DNA of 64,000 bases, taken from contig OZ024751.1 of the NCBI GenBank assembly GCA_964016885.1, forward strand, positions 620,001 to 684,000. Reading direction: 5' to 3'. Positions within the stretch are counted from its first letter, which is position 1. Every line of letters begins with the position of its first letter. The notes beneath the pieces were generated by a model. It saw nothing but the letters and a program-made list of their open reading frames with translations, did not search any database and was not told the DNA's origin. This document shows, piece after piece, positions 1-11,779 of this stretch. The translations under genes and the position numbers were made by a program. This stretch comes from Eledone cirrhosa (taxonomy: Eukaryota).

Positions 1-87
1 ATGGGTAGGACGGACTGTCCCGTTGTGAGAAATCTAGGTCGGAGGACCATGTTTTACTCCCACAGAACAGAATTTAGCTTAGTTTCT

Positions 88-210
88 ATGGCTGAATGCC
101 GTTCCTAACGCCAACCACATTTATAGCGTGTACTGGGTGCTTTTTGTCACGACACCTACATGACCACTTTACCGAGTGAACTGGGTGCTTTTTGTCCTGA
201 CACCTACATG
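88..210 (-). repeat. Fragment of a dispersed repeat, two degenerate copies of a GGTG(C/T)C...AAAAAGCACCCAGT unit
   Basis: 'actgggtgctttttgtc...gacacctacatgac' occurs twice (~132 and ~180). Its reverse complement matches the unit repeated four times at 3319-3495. Confidence 0.55.
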
Positions 211-742
211 ACTGTTAATTTTGAAAATAAAGAATTTGGAAGGATTTGTAAAACAACTAACTTTTTCATTACTAAACTAGTGTGTGTGTCTGTGTATGAG
301 TGTGTGAGCAGGACATGAGAAATAAATTCAGCATATAAGTAGAAGACACTTGCTTGTGCTGTGGAATTGAACCAGAAACCATATGGTTGTAAAAGAAACT
401 CCTTAATCACACACCAATACCAGCACCTATGTATGTGTGATGTGCATAATATTACCATCTATGTATATATATATATATATATATATATACCCCATATATA
501 TCCTACCTCCCCAATTGTCCATGCATCTTCCCACCCCACCTAAGTCACTAACCCACACCATAAAGTGGTCATCCTCATTACTAAGATAGTAACTTAATGT
601 AAGTTTCCTATATAAAATTATGTTGGAAGATTTAAATTTAAATTGGAAACCTTTAAAACAGGCGGTTTTATTTAATAAGCCAGAGCCGGTTTGGGCGAGG
701 TAACAAAGGGGTTAAGCTGAAATGTAATTGTAGCTCTGAGAT

Positions 743-882
743 GAGGGAGTCACTCCAGATAGAACTGCTATTGTTCTGAGGGAGTCACTCCAGATAGAAC
801 TGCTATTGTTCTGAGGGAGTCACTCCAGATAGAACTGCTATTGCTCTGAGGGAGTCACTCCAAATAGAACTGCTATTGCTCT
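743..882. repeat. 35-bp tandem repeat, 4 copies (GAGGGAGTCACTCCAGATAGAACTGCTATTGYTCT)
   Basis: Units start at 743, 778, 813 and 848 and are near-identical. Confidence 0.95.
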
Positions 883-3056
883 GAGGGAGATGACAGGTGA
901 TTGGGGATGGGGACAGGAGATTGGGGAAGCTGACAGGTGATTGGGGGAGAGGACAGGTGATTGGGGGAGATGACAGGTGATTGGGGGAGAGGACAGGTGA
1001 TTGGGGGAGATGACAGGTGATTGGGGGAGATGACAGGGGATTGGAGGAGATGTCAGGTGATTGGGGGAGAGGACAGGTGATTGGGGGAGAGGACAGGTGA
1101 TTGGGGGAGAGGACAGGTGATTGGGGGAGAGGACAGGTGATTGGGGGTGATGACAGGTGATTGGAGGAGATGTCAGGTGATTGGGGGAGATGTCAGGTGA
1201 TTGGGGGAGAGGACAGGTGATTGGGGGAGGGGACAGGTGATTGGCGGAGAGGACAGGTGATTGGGGGAGATGTCAGGTGATTGAGGGAGATGACAGGTGA
1301 TTGGGGGAGAGGACAGGTGATTGGGGGAGAGGACAGGTGATTGGGGGAGAGGACAGGTGATTGGGAGAGAGGACAGGTGATTGGGGGAGAGGACAGGTGA
1401 TTGGGGGAGAGGACAGGTGATTGGGGGAGAGGACAGGTGATTGGGGGTGATGACAGGTGATTGGAGGAGATGTCAGGTGATTGGGGGAGAGGACAGGTGA
1501 TTGGGGGAGATGACAGGTGATTGAGGGAGAGGACAGGTGATTGAGGGAGGGGACAAGTGATTGAAGGAGCGGACAGGTGATTGGGGGAGATGACAGGTGA
1601 TTGGGGAGATGTCAGGTGATTGGGGGAGAGGACAGGTGATTGGCGGAGAGGACAGATGATTGAGAGAGTGGACAGGTGATTGGCGGAGAGGACAGGTGAT
1701 TGGGGGAGATGTCAGGTGATTGAGGGAGATGACAGGTGATTGGGGGAGAGGACAGGTGATTGAGGGAGGGGACAAGTGATTGAAGGAGGGGACAGGTGAT
1801 TGGGGGAGATGACAGGTGATTGGGGAGATGTCAGGTGATTCGGGGAGAGGACAGGTGATTGGGGGAGGGGACAGGTGATTGGGGGAGGGGACAGGTGATT
1901 GGGGGTGATGACAGGTGATTGGGGGAGGGGACAGGTGATTGGGGGAGGGGACAGGTGATTGGGGGAGATGACAGGTGATTGAGGGAGATGATAGGTGATT
2001 CGGGGAGAGGACAGGTGATTGAGGGAGGGGACAGGGGATTGGGGGAGGGGACAGGTGATTGGGGGTGATGACAGGTGATTGGGGGAGGGGACAGGTGATT
2101 GGGGGAGATCACAGGTGATTGAGGGAGATGACAGGTGATTCGGGGAGAGGACAGGTGATTGAGGGAGGGGACAGGTGATTGGGGGAGGGGACAGGTGATT
2201 GGGGGTGATGACAGGTGATTGGGGGAGGGGACAGGTGATTGGGGGAGGGGACAGGTGATTGGGGGAGATGACAGGTGATTGAGGGAGGGGACAGGTGATT
2301 GGGGGAGATGACAGGTGATTGAGGGTGATGACAGGTGATTGAGGGAGGGGACAGATGATTGGGGAAGGGGACAGGTGATTGGGGGAGATGACAGGTGATT
2401 GAGGGAGGGGACAGGTGATTGGGGGAGGGGACAGGTGATTGGGGCAGATGACAGGTGATTGAGGGAGGGGACAGGTGATTGAGTGAGATGACAGGTGATT
2501 GAGGGTGATGACAGGTGATTGAGGGAGGGGACAGATGATTGGGGAAGGGGACAGGTGATTGGGGGAGATGACAGGTAATTGAGGGAGGGGACAGGTGATT
2601 GGGGGAGGGGACAGGTGATTGGGGCAGATGACAGGTGATTGAGGGAGGGGACAGGTGATTGGGGGAGATGACAGGTGATTGGGGGTGATGACAGGTGATT
2701 GGGGTAGATGTCAGGTGATTGAGGGAGGGGACAGATGATTGGGGGAGATGACAGGTGATTGGGGGAGGGGACAGGTGATTAGGGGAGATGACAGGTGATT
2801 GAGGGAGATGACAGGTGATTGAGGGAGAGGACAGGTGATTGGAGGAGAGGACAGGTGATTGAGAGAGTGGACAGGTGATTGAGGGAGATGACTGGTGATT
2901 GGGGAAGGGGACAGGTGATTGGGGGAGATTACAGGTGATTGGGGGAGATGACAGATGATTGAAGGAGGGGACAGGTGATTGGGGGAGATGACAGGTGATT
3001 GGGGGAGATGACAGGTGATTGAGGGAGAGGACAGGTGATTGAGGGAGAGGACAGAT
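883..3056. repeat. 20-bp G-rich minisatellite, ~108 copies, consensus GRGGGAGR(T/G)GACAGGTGATT
   Basis: Direct 20-bp periodicity with a near-invariant core ACAGGTGATT and a variable G-run segment. Confidence 0.97.
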
Positions 3057-3318
3057 TTGAAACTAAATATATTCTCCTCTTATTTCAGCAACATAACAAC
3101 ATTGATAAAAAACCATTGATGTCTGTAAGAAAAGAAAATATTGAAATGTCCCTACCTGCTATTACTGTACCTCACAGTCCTGAAGTTGAAATAAAGGTAA
3201 GACAATATGATAGAAATATAGAAATCCAGGTAAAAAAAAAATGTATTTTCTGCATATGTTTGTTCTCTGTTGTTTGGAGATAATAACACAGGTATTGCAC
3301 ATCTCTTCTGGTCATACT

Positions 3319-3495
3319 GGTGCCATGATAAAAACACCCAGTTCCACTCTATAAGGCGGTATTTTTGGTGCCACAACAAAAAAGCACACAGTCTACTCTA
3401 CAACATGGTTGTGTTGGTGCCATGACAAAAAGCATACAGTTTCACCCATGAGGTGGTAGGGCTGGTGCCATGACAAAAAGCACCTAATTTTACCC
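3319..3495 (+). repeat. Degenerate ~48-bp tandem unit (GGTGCCATGACAAAAAGCAC...), 4 copies
   Basis: GGTGCCA at ~3319, 3367, 3416 and 3464, each followed by an A-run and (G)CA(C/T)...; same family as 88-210. Confidence 0.7.
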
Positions 3496-3800
3496 TGGGA
3501 CGCTACAGTCAGCAACTCTTTTGCTCCCACATAATGGATGCTGCAGTATATGTGAAGGACACTGCTTGCATTGCTAAATGGAATAAAATCCTAAAATACT
3601 AGGAAACATCAAACAACTATTTTTTCCAGTTTTTGGCGTTTGAGACGTTTTGGAAGAGCTGAGCCATTGACAGCAAAGTTTTGTCATCACTGGCGGCTCA
3701 CCTTACTGAGGTGTCAGGTGATACCCGTGAAGATACCTGGTTGTTTCAGCACTTTCGCCTTGCCATCACCTGCGGTAATGCTGCGATTGTGTTGACTTGA
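3496..3800 (+). mobile_element. Decayed 3' end of a CRE-like non-LTR retrotransposon (restriction-like endonuclease C-terminus), with stops and frameshifts
   Basis: Manual translation across frameshifts gives WDATVSNSFAP...KILKY*ETSNNYFFQFLAFETF / GRAEPLTAKF / LSSLAAHLTEVSGDTREDTWLFQHFRLAITCGNAAIVLT*. This matches the WDxT...KxxKY...FxPxAxETxG...TGDxRE...QRxSxAxxRGNA pattern of RLE-encoding CRE-type elements. Confidence 0.7.
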
Positions 3801-4544
3801 CTCAAAATATTTCGTTGACCTTTGTCATGTGTGGCCGATTGTCGCACTTTGTGGCAAATTGATGGTTGTATTTGTTTGTTTGTTTTTTCTTTCGCTTTGA
3901 TCATATATTTTTGTGCCTTATATTTGTAAGGTTCCTAGCAATTATTAATTGTATTTATTATGTGTTTATATTTTCATTCTGAAAGAATTATAAACAATTT
4001 GTAATATATATATATATATATATATATATACGTGTGTGTGTGTATGAGTATGTAAGTATATATTTATGTGTATGTATTTCTCTATCTATCTACCTATTTA
4101 CTTACTCTCAGCTCTTGAATAATCGCCCACCCCCGCTTATTAAATTTTACTAATCTATCTATTGTAAGTGATTCATATCGATACAGCAGCTGAAGAATCT
4201 AATAATGACTTTATTTTACATTAAAAAACATTATATATGACAAAAAAAGAACATTACAAAAAATTGCATATTTACAAATGTAGACTATACGATTTCCGAT
4301 TTCCCCCATTTATTCCACCCCACCTCCTGCTTATAAGAATTTAAGCAAATATCCACCATTATTTGGGACCCAAGAGTAGCTACCTACATACATACATTAG
4401 TTCCAGGCTTGTTGGAAAATAAAAATTTAAACACGCATACCCGCATGCGCACAAATCTACATCCATGGACAGAACTTCTCAACTTTGAAATTTACATTGA
4501 AAATAACAACAAAAAATATCTTTGATTTGCAAAAGGTTCATAGG

Positions 4545-4694
4545 TAGGGCCTCCAAGACAAATTTTGCAAGGCGGTATAAGACCCCTTTGGGGTCCGAAG
4601 CAGGCAAAGATTTTTTCTCAAAATGGATGTTGCATGGTTGCTGTGGGGGCCTTCTTAGCTCTTGGGCCCCTGGATCTCACTCTCATAGGTCCTG
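4545..4694. mobile_element. Degenerate hAT-like MITE (~150 bp)
   Basis: GC-rich insert with imperfect ends TAGGGCCT.../...AGGTCCTG. The 8-bp flanks TTCATAGG and TTTGTAGG match at 6 of 8 positions. Confidence 0.45.
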
Positions 4695-4919
4695 TTTGTA
4701 GGTATTCCGTTATTGTGAATGAATTTCTACCTTTTCTTCTTGGTATACTGAACAGATTGGTTATAAAACCTTAATAAAACATCGATGTACAGATACATTT
4801 GAAAGTTAAAAACAAAAAATTAACAAACAAAACTTTCACTGAAGCTATTTTTTTTTTTTCCGCAAGACTGCTAAAATTACATTAGATTCAACAAAGCTGA
4901 AATCTATCTATCTATCTAT

Positions 4920-6005
4920 CTGCGGCATCTCCAGGTATTCCTCACCGACCCCCAACCGGTTTGGGCACCGTTTGTGAGACAAGCTTTCCCACAGCTCGTC
5001 TCGCTGACGGAGCTGCAGTCCTGGGTCAAGAAAAGACCGAAAACGATGGGCACCTGGCACATTGAATGTGCTCAGGCGCTTACAGTCCTCTGGCAAGCGG
5101 GTGCAGCAATCAGTGGAGACTCCACTTTGACATTCTATAGAGGGATTGTACGTTACAAGGGCGACGACGTGCTCGGAGAGACTCTGGGCATCGAAGACGA
5201 TAAGCTCACCAGTCTGTTTGGTAGGACTTTCTGCCCGGGACCTATGGACAACTTCCAGAGGTCTCTGGCCTGGCAGTCCTACCGAGGAGCTCTACCGGTT
5301 CGTGACAAGATCTACAGGCACGGACGCCCCGGCAGGGATCCTTCCAAGAGGACGTGTCCAAGATGCACGCAGGACATTGAAACAGTCCTGCACGCAATTG
5401 TACACTGCCCGGGTGTAACCGACCTGTGGAACTATGCAGAACAACTGCTGTCGCGTATGGGACAAATCCAGTTGACTGCCGAGTCCATAGTAAGGATCAA
5501 ACCGCCAGCCTCTTTCAAAAACGAAAGAGAGGCGGTTTTCCTCTGTACGGTGGCTATGGTGAAAGAAGTTATATGGTGGACGAGGTTGAGAGGACTGAGG
5601 ACAGATGCCTTTCTCTCCGGAAAACAATTGATTCCCTTCTTTAAGTATCACTTTAGAAGGAGAATCAGGGTGGAGAGAGAGGCACTGCACCTCAGTAAAT
5701 TTACTGAAAGGTGGGTGAATGAAGCGAAAATGGCCCGAGTGATTGGGCCTTCTCTGTTTATAAGCCTGTAGGTTGAAGAAGAGAGCAAAAGGAAGAAAGG
5801 AGCACTTGCACAACATACTCCTGGAGTTGAGGGTTGTTCTATCGACGGGGTATTAAACAACCCATTTGTGGCGCCTCCCCCCTATTGGAGATTTCGATTG
5901 TTGTAATTGTTTGTTTTTATATTTTTTACACGACTGTATGTAAAATCCCCGGCATGTCTTTGTATTGTCCCCTTTTCTTGTGCGCCCTTGTGGCTAATAA
6001 ATAAA
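4920..6005 (+). mobile_element. 5'-truncated L1/Tx1-like LINE: ORF2 C-terminus (zf-RVT-type CCHC), 3' UTR and AATAAA
   Basis: Frame open from ~4920 to stop 5771: 'SLAWQSYRGALPVRDK...TCPRCTQDIETVLHAIVHC...LW'. GC content rises abruptly at 4921. AATAAATAAA at 5996-6005. TATCTATC on both sides. Confidence 0.85.
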
Positions 6006-6418
6006 TATATCTATCTCTCTCTATATATATATATAAAAGAGAGATGTTTATTGGTTGAATCACACGAAAACTACACACACACACATCTAAAGAGAGAGAT
6101 AGGTCATTATACAGAGAGAGATACAATTAAGGTGTTAGATATTCAGTGAGAGAGAGTGTCCCACGAAAGTCTAGAAACGGCTTAAACTATAGATCCTTTG
6201 ATCTATAGGAAGGTTTAACAATATTGCATTAGCTATCATAAAGTCAATTTACAGACTTTGTCTTATGATTGTTTTTGTTTTGTTTATGTCTCTCTCACCC
6301 ACACATTAGTCTCACCTCATACTGTAAACCAGACAACACATCCAGTACAGTCGTTTTCTCTTTTACCCATCTTAACTTTCTTCTTCTTCTTCTTCTCACT
6401 TTTTTTTTTAAATTATAG

Positions 6419-6496
6419 ATTTATCTAAAAATCTACCATGACCCTTTAATAACTTTTTTTTTTAAATATAAAATCATGATAGATTTTTAGATAAAT
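6419..6496. repeat. Inverted repeat, 23-bp arms with 1 mismatch
   Basis: ATTTATCTAAAAATCTACCATGA (6419-6441) versus TCATGATAGATTTTTAGATAAAT (6474-6496). Confidence 0.8.
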
Positions 6497-6978
6497 TCAT
6501 AAAAAGAAAAAGAAGGGGGTTTTCTATCTAAATAGTTAAGTTGGCCACTCCGTTTCTTGATATCAGTAAAAAGAAAAATGTACTTTATAAGGTTAACTCC
6601 ATACTATCATCATTCGACAAGTTAGTTGGATAGAGAGACAAGTACAGTGATAAGGAGGAAGGAATATGCGTGTTGCTTTTTCTTAATCGTCATTTGACAG
6701 TGACGTTGTTAAAATGACGAAGTGTAGCTGTCATCTCTCACCGACTGACAGCCTTGATGGTACACGCAGACCCACAGAAATACACAGCTTAGATCGTCTA
6801 GTTACACATATGTCATCTTCTTCCTTCATTAATTACATTTTCTCTAATATAAACAAGCTGCTTTTTTATTTCCTTAATATTTTAATCACCCTCTTTCTGT
6901 CATTCTCGCTGTTTGCTTCGCTACCAAGTTTTACTCATGTATCATCTGACACATGTGCGTCATTATGCGAGCAGTTGA

Positions 6979-7004
6979 TCACGTGACTCTGCTCCTCCAA
7001 TCAG
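6979..7004 (+). promoter_or_regulatory. Candidate promoter motifs: palindromic E-box TCACGTGA and CCAAT box CCAATCAG
   Basis: Both motifs lie within 60 bp upstream of ATG 7039. Motif match only. Confidence 0.3.
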
Positions 7005-7038
7005 ATTTTATAGCTGGATATACGACAATTTGTTGGTC

Positions 7039-8235
7039 ATGTCGGATATAGCTGACTCTTCTACTTCACTACTCACTCAATCCCTTATGAATAACCCCAA
7101 CGCTACCGTTATTGACGGCACAAAAAACGATGAAAATGTTTTGTTAGTTTCTGATAATCCTCCCGAAACGAATTCCATAAGCCTTGACGAATGTAACCAG
7201 CTCGCTGGTTCGAGAAACACTAAACGGGTGACCGCCAGCTCTGTTAGGCTGTTTAGAGCTTTCTTAAGAGAGACCAATAATGGGAATACTGACTTCGAAA
7301 ATTTTAATGAAGAAATCCTTGTCAATCATTTGATAACTTTTTTCAGGCGGGTAAGAAAACCAAATGGTGATCTCTACACCAAAAATGGTCTGCTGTCAAT
7401 TCGTTTTGGATTAAGAAGGCGCTTGTTAGATTTACGTAAAGTTGATATAACTAAACACCCTCGGCTTAATTCAGTTTTCACTGTTCAGATCAATAAACTA
7501 AAACGAGAAGGAAAAGGGGACATAAACCATTATCCCCCTATTAGCCACAACGACATTTTCAAAATTTACAGTTCTGGAGTTTTGTCGCCCGATAATCCAA
7601 AGGGTTTGTTAAGGAAAGTTTTCTTCGAAACTGAAATGTTTTTCAGTCGTCGAAGTAGAGAAAACCTAAGGGATTTGAAAGGAAGTCACTTTAAAATTGA
7701 AACCGACGATCAGGGCAAGAAATATTTGACTACAGATTTTGACCCATCTTTTGGTGGTGGACCAATCAAATGGATTTACGAAACTGGCACGGCCATGTGC
7801 CCAGTGAAAGCTTTTCAGAAGTTTTTGATGAAACGGCATTCTGGTTGTGAGGCTTTGTTTCAACGCCCCGTCGATATAATTCCATTTTTTGAACAGGATC
7901 CTTGGTTTTACTGTTCAGCCCTCGGCCTTAACAAACTTGCCAACATGATGAGAGAAATTTCGGCGGAAGCTTACCTATCCAAGATATATACGAACCATTC
8001 CATAAGAGCTACCTCGAAATCGGTCTTTGATCTTGTTTGGAATGGTCTCTTCTCCCAGAACTCACCGAATACAATAGCGTCTATCCCCAGTAATATTGGA
8101 AGTATTAAAGAAACCACTTCTGTTCCAGCGGACAAAACACGGCAAAAGTCATCAGTTAAAGGAAATAATAAAACTACTATCGATTTGGTATCGAACTTAG
8201 ACATCGAAGAAATTGAAAGGAAGCATGTTCCTGTG
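7039..8235 (+). CDS. Coding exon: DUF3504 / Crypton tyrosine-recombinase-derived domain protein (KCTD1/KIAA1958/ZMYM-like), copy A; probably spliced at 8236
   Basis: Intact ORF (7030-8337, first ATG 7039, in-frame upstream stop at 6976). Motifs: FFRRVRKPNGDLY..SIRFGLRR, LKREGKG, FFSRRSRENLR, CPVKAF, LFQRP, LSKIYTNHSIRAT. Donor GTG|GTGAGT at 8235/8236, phase 0. Confidence 0.85.
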
Positions 8236-8879
8236 GTGAGTTACACCATTCACTACATTAACTCCCATTTTTTAAAACCACACAGACTCCCTCCCTCCTG
8301 CCTCTACCTGTTCGTCTGTGGGACCCTGTTTCTCTAACATTACCTTCCACACTTCAAGTTTCACTTTCCTTAGAGACTCACCTTCCCCAGGCGTCGTAAA
8401 ATGAGTGATGTCACAGATATAATCGTAGGGATGGAGGTTGGAGGGTCAACTGTTTTCCCCCTTTTTTTAATGTTTAATCATGTGTGGAAGAAGGATGAAA
8501 GACTGCGTGAGAGGAGTGATGTGATTGAATGTGGAAGGAAGTAGGGAAAAGGGGAAGACCAAGAACGACATGCTTAAATATGAGGGAGGAGGAAATGAAA
8601 GCCAAAGGGTTAGTTAAAGTTGAATGGGAACAACAGGGTAAAACTGGAGTAGCTTGTCACGGGGCCTGCAAGACTAACACCTCAAAACGCTTCTTGTAAT
8701 TAGAGAAGGCAGGGCAGAACTCATAACCATGTTCAGGGTGTTAGAGGTAAAGAGGGAGGGAAGAAAGTATCCTGAACTGGTCCGAATGATCGTAACAGAG
8801 TGGACTCTTCTAAGACTATCCACGAGACCAGGTGGCTGTGTTAAACTGGCCGATGGCGGATTAAGTTTGTCAAATAAAT

Positions 8880-9290
8880 AGTTCACAGCAGGAATTGAAC
8901 TCAGAACGCCAGACATATCGCCTGACGCTTTACCAATTCCACCAAACTACCACATTGCACTGCTATTTTATTTTATCGACTCTGAAAGAATAAAAAGGCA
9001 TAGTTGACCTAGGCGGAATTTGAACTCAAAACAAACAACTGAAACAAATGATAGCGACATAGATGAAATTTTTTCGGCCACGGCAACGTAATACCCACAA
9101 CGTCTCCCACCCCTATCTCTAGAGAGACCTACCTACACGCAAATTGTAAATAATATATGATAAATAAAATCGTTAATTTATATATAATAAATAATATAAT
9201 TGTTTCTACTTTTGGCACAAGGCCAGCAATTATTCCTGTGTATTACTGGTACTTTATTTTATCGACCCCGTAAGGATGAAAGGCAAAGTT
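8880..9290 (-). mobile_element. Fragments of a tRNA-derived SINE family
   Basis: Matches the reverse complement of the full copy at 59164-59390 (ttgacctaggcggaatttgaactca; ctggtactttattttatcgaccccgtaaggatgaaaggcaaagtt). Confidence 0.75.
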
Positions 9291-9816
9291 ATAATATATA
9301 CTATGTATAAATAAATATTATATATTTTATATTTTACTGTATTTATATATAATATGTATAATTTTATATTTAATATACTTTAATATCATCTCTGCCGCCT
9401 CCTTAGACCTCAGTGCACCACTGGACACTCTCAATCCTTCCGGAGTGGGTGGCATTGAGAAGGTTAGTGTCCACTATCAGAACCTCTGATGTAAAGGGCT
9501 CGCCAGAGTTTGTACTGGAAAGTCTTAGTGTGAACAGTCAGACATTGCAGCTCACAGTTATTGCAGAGTGAGTGGCTTTTATGCCTTTCCCGTAATGAAT
9601 AGCTGTAAGTTATAACGTGTGATGATTTGTCCCGAATGAAAGAGTTCTAGTCCTGTAGAAGCCCTTCTATATTATATATATATATACATACACACCTGCT
9701 CCTTGCTACACACGAACTTTTTACACCTGCAGTTTCCAACTTGTTTTCATGGTACGAAACCCCAAATATTACTGAGATCCAACTTGGCCTCAGCCGGATG
9801 GCTGGAACAGGTTAAA

Positions 9817-9885
<69 letters not shown>

Positions 9886-9892
9886 GAACTCG

Positions 9893-10055
9893 GGTAAAGC
9901 TTTATTTACGTTCTGTAACTTAGCGGTTCAACAAATATTTCAGATAGGCAAAATAAGTAACAGACTTGAAAAAATATATACCAGCGGTCAATATTATCGA
10001 CTAAGAAATCCATTCAAAGAAGATATCCGCGGTCTAATGACTGCAACGAATTAAT
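9893..10055 (+). mobile_element. SINE-like dispersed repeat fragment (second family) after a (TA)n(GA)n tract
   Basis: 'gtaacttagcggttcaacaaa...aaaataagtaacagacttgaaaaa' is the approximate reverse complement of 14205-14260. Confidence 0.55.
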
Positions 10056-10589
10056 GAGTATATACATACACGTACATGCATACACACACAAGTACAACAT
10101 ACACACACATATACATACATACATATATGATGGCTGCAAACTCTGCTAAGAGTATTGCAATCGTTTGTCAGATTATAGAATTTGGTGCACTTTTAGGCTA
10201 CGGCCAGTCACCGAACATACATACAAACACGTCCATCATACATACAAGCATGCATACATATAAGAATACATTCATACCTACATATAAGAATACATACATT
10301 CATACCGACAATAAAATCTTTTGGGGTTATCTCCCATGTCCTGCTTGCTAGATTGGATTAAGCTAACAATGTTTTTTTTTCTCCCTATCACTGGTGTAAT
10401 TTTGATGATCATTTCTCGACTTACCACATCGATTATATTAACATCCTCTTTACTATTAGATTTGCAGGTGGAAGGCGTCCCTAGGTATTTTCTCCGTACC
10501 CCACTGTCACTTTTTTTGTGTCTAAACTGTATAAGATTAGTATACTAGTATGGCATGGTATGGGCCCGCAACTCCTAAAGTAGTAAGGG

Positions 10590-10848
10590 CGCCGTTGTAC
10601 TATACGGCGTTTCTAGTGCAGTTTCAGACTGACAGACAGTAGATTTCTTCCAGAGAAGGATAGATAGATAGATAAGGGGATGAGTAATTAAGAGAGATAA
10701 GGAAGAATGGACCCCAGTACTAGAATAGTATTGATCTCGAAAGGCAAAGTTGACCTCGGTGGAATTTGAGCTCAGAGAGCAGAGAGCCGGAACGAATACC
10801 ACAAAGCATTTAATCCGACGTTCTAACGACTCTGCCAATTCGCCGCCA
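10590..10848 (-). mobile_element. tRNA-derived SINE head with attached body (composite repeat)
   Basis: Reverse strand starts GGCGGCGAATTGGCAGAGTCGTTAG (A box) and includes GAGCTCAAATTCC (B box). Body is homologous to 59780-60062. Confidence 0.75.
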
Positions 10849-11120
10849 GAGTAGTAATAGTGGTGGTGCTGTTAAAATAGGCGTGTGTGCGTGTTTTACA
10901 CGCTGTACACTCTACTGCTGACAACACTTTACTATTTGATTTCCAGGCAGAAGACGTTCCTGGTCCCTGAGTAATTTTCTTCTCCGGTAATACTTTTAAG
11001 AAGAAAATGGTCTTACCATGTCTAAAAGGGTGTGTGAGAGGAGTATATTGTGGCAAGAAGGATGAGGTGACACCCGGCGCCCACTGATGTTGAAATAGCA
11101 CTATGTATACGCTGATGTTT

Positions 11121-11132
11121 ACTGAAGCCACA

Positions 11133-11172
<40 letters not shown>

Positions 11173-11184
11173 TGTGGCTTCAGT
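11121..11184. repeat. Perfect inverted repeat around an (AT)n tract
   Basis: ACTGAAGCCACACC-(AT)n-GGTGTGGCTTCAGT. Confidence 0.9.
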
Positions 11185-11427
11185 GACGGAACTAGCATGG
11201 GTTTCACTGCTAGGATCGGTTGCATCTCAGCGTACTCAATAGGTAATGTTAAATAAACTCCCAGAGTGGACACATAGTTATTCGCTTCAATACAACGCAC
11301 GTAAATGGGTACCTTCAATTATATATATAGTTCGAAATAACTGAAAACAAAAAACAAACAAAAGCAGGAGTAAATGTTACATGGTATTATTAGCTTAACG
11401 CTTGGTGAGAGTGGGGTGCTGGTGGTC

Positions 11428-11460
11428 ACGACATTTCGGACATAATCCCTTCATCAGGGG
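11428..11460 (-). ncRNA. Degenerate minimal hammerhead ribozyme core (Penelope-like)
   Basis: Minus strand reads CUGAUGA-AG-GGA-UUAUG-UCC-GAAA-UG-UC. The stem I 5' side is replaced by poly(C). Confidence 0.45.
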
Positions 11461-11736
11461 GGGGGGGGGGGGGAGAACTCCGAGAAGGAATAAGAAGGGA
11501 AAAACACGAAAGGACGGGAAAAATAGAAATAAAAATAAAATTGAATACAGAATGTATATATATATATTGGTAAACGGAATAGAAAATGCTGACAAATTGT
11601 TCACAGTTGAAAAATAGTTTAATTAGGAATAAAAGAGTATTAGTAATTGTATTGGTTAGTATTCAGTTGTGGTTTTAAGCATTTTCTATTCCGTTTACCA
11701 ATATATAATAACTTGTGTGTTACACCTCTATTCTTT

Positions 11737-11779
<43 letters not shown>

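Noticed and set aside
743-882. CRISPR-like 35-bp palindromic repeat
   Set aside because: Units are directly adjacent with no unique spacers; eukaryotic context; no cas genes.
1473-2112. Minus-strand S/P-rich ORFs
   Set aside because: Translations of the 20-bp minisatellite.
5146-5860. Overlapping and antisense ORFs in the LINE, and antisense ORFs within the DUF3504 exons
   Set aside because: Shadow ORFs of real coding frames with no recognisable motifs.
10455-10975. Possible micro-exons after TTTGCAG (10468) and TTTCCAG (10946) as partners for copy A
   Set aside because: Weak donors, and both hit a stop within six codons in phase 0 (GTG GAA GGC GTC CCT AGG continues only past a weak donor; GCA GAA GAC GTT CCT GGT CCC TGA stops). 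The two resemble each other like repeat fragments, so there is no support without RNA data.
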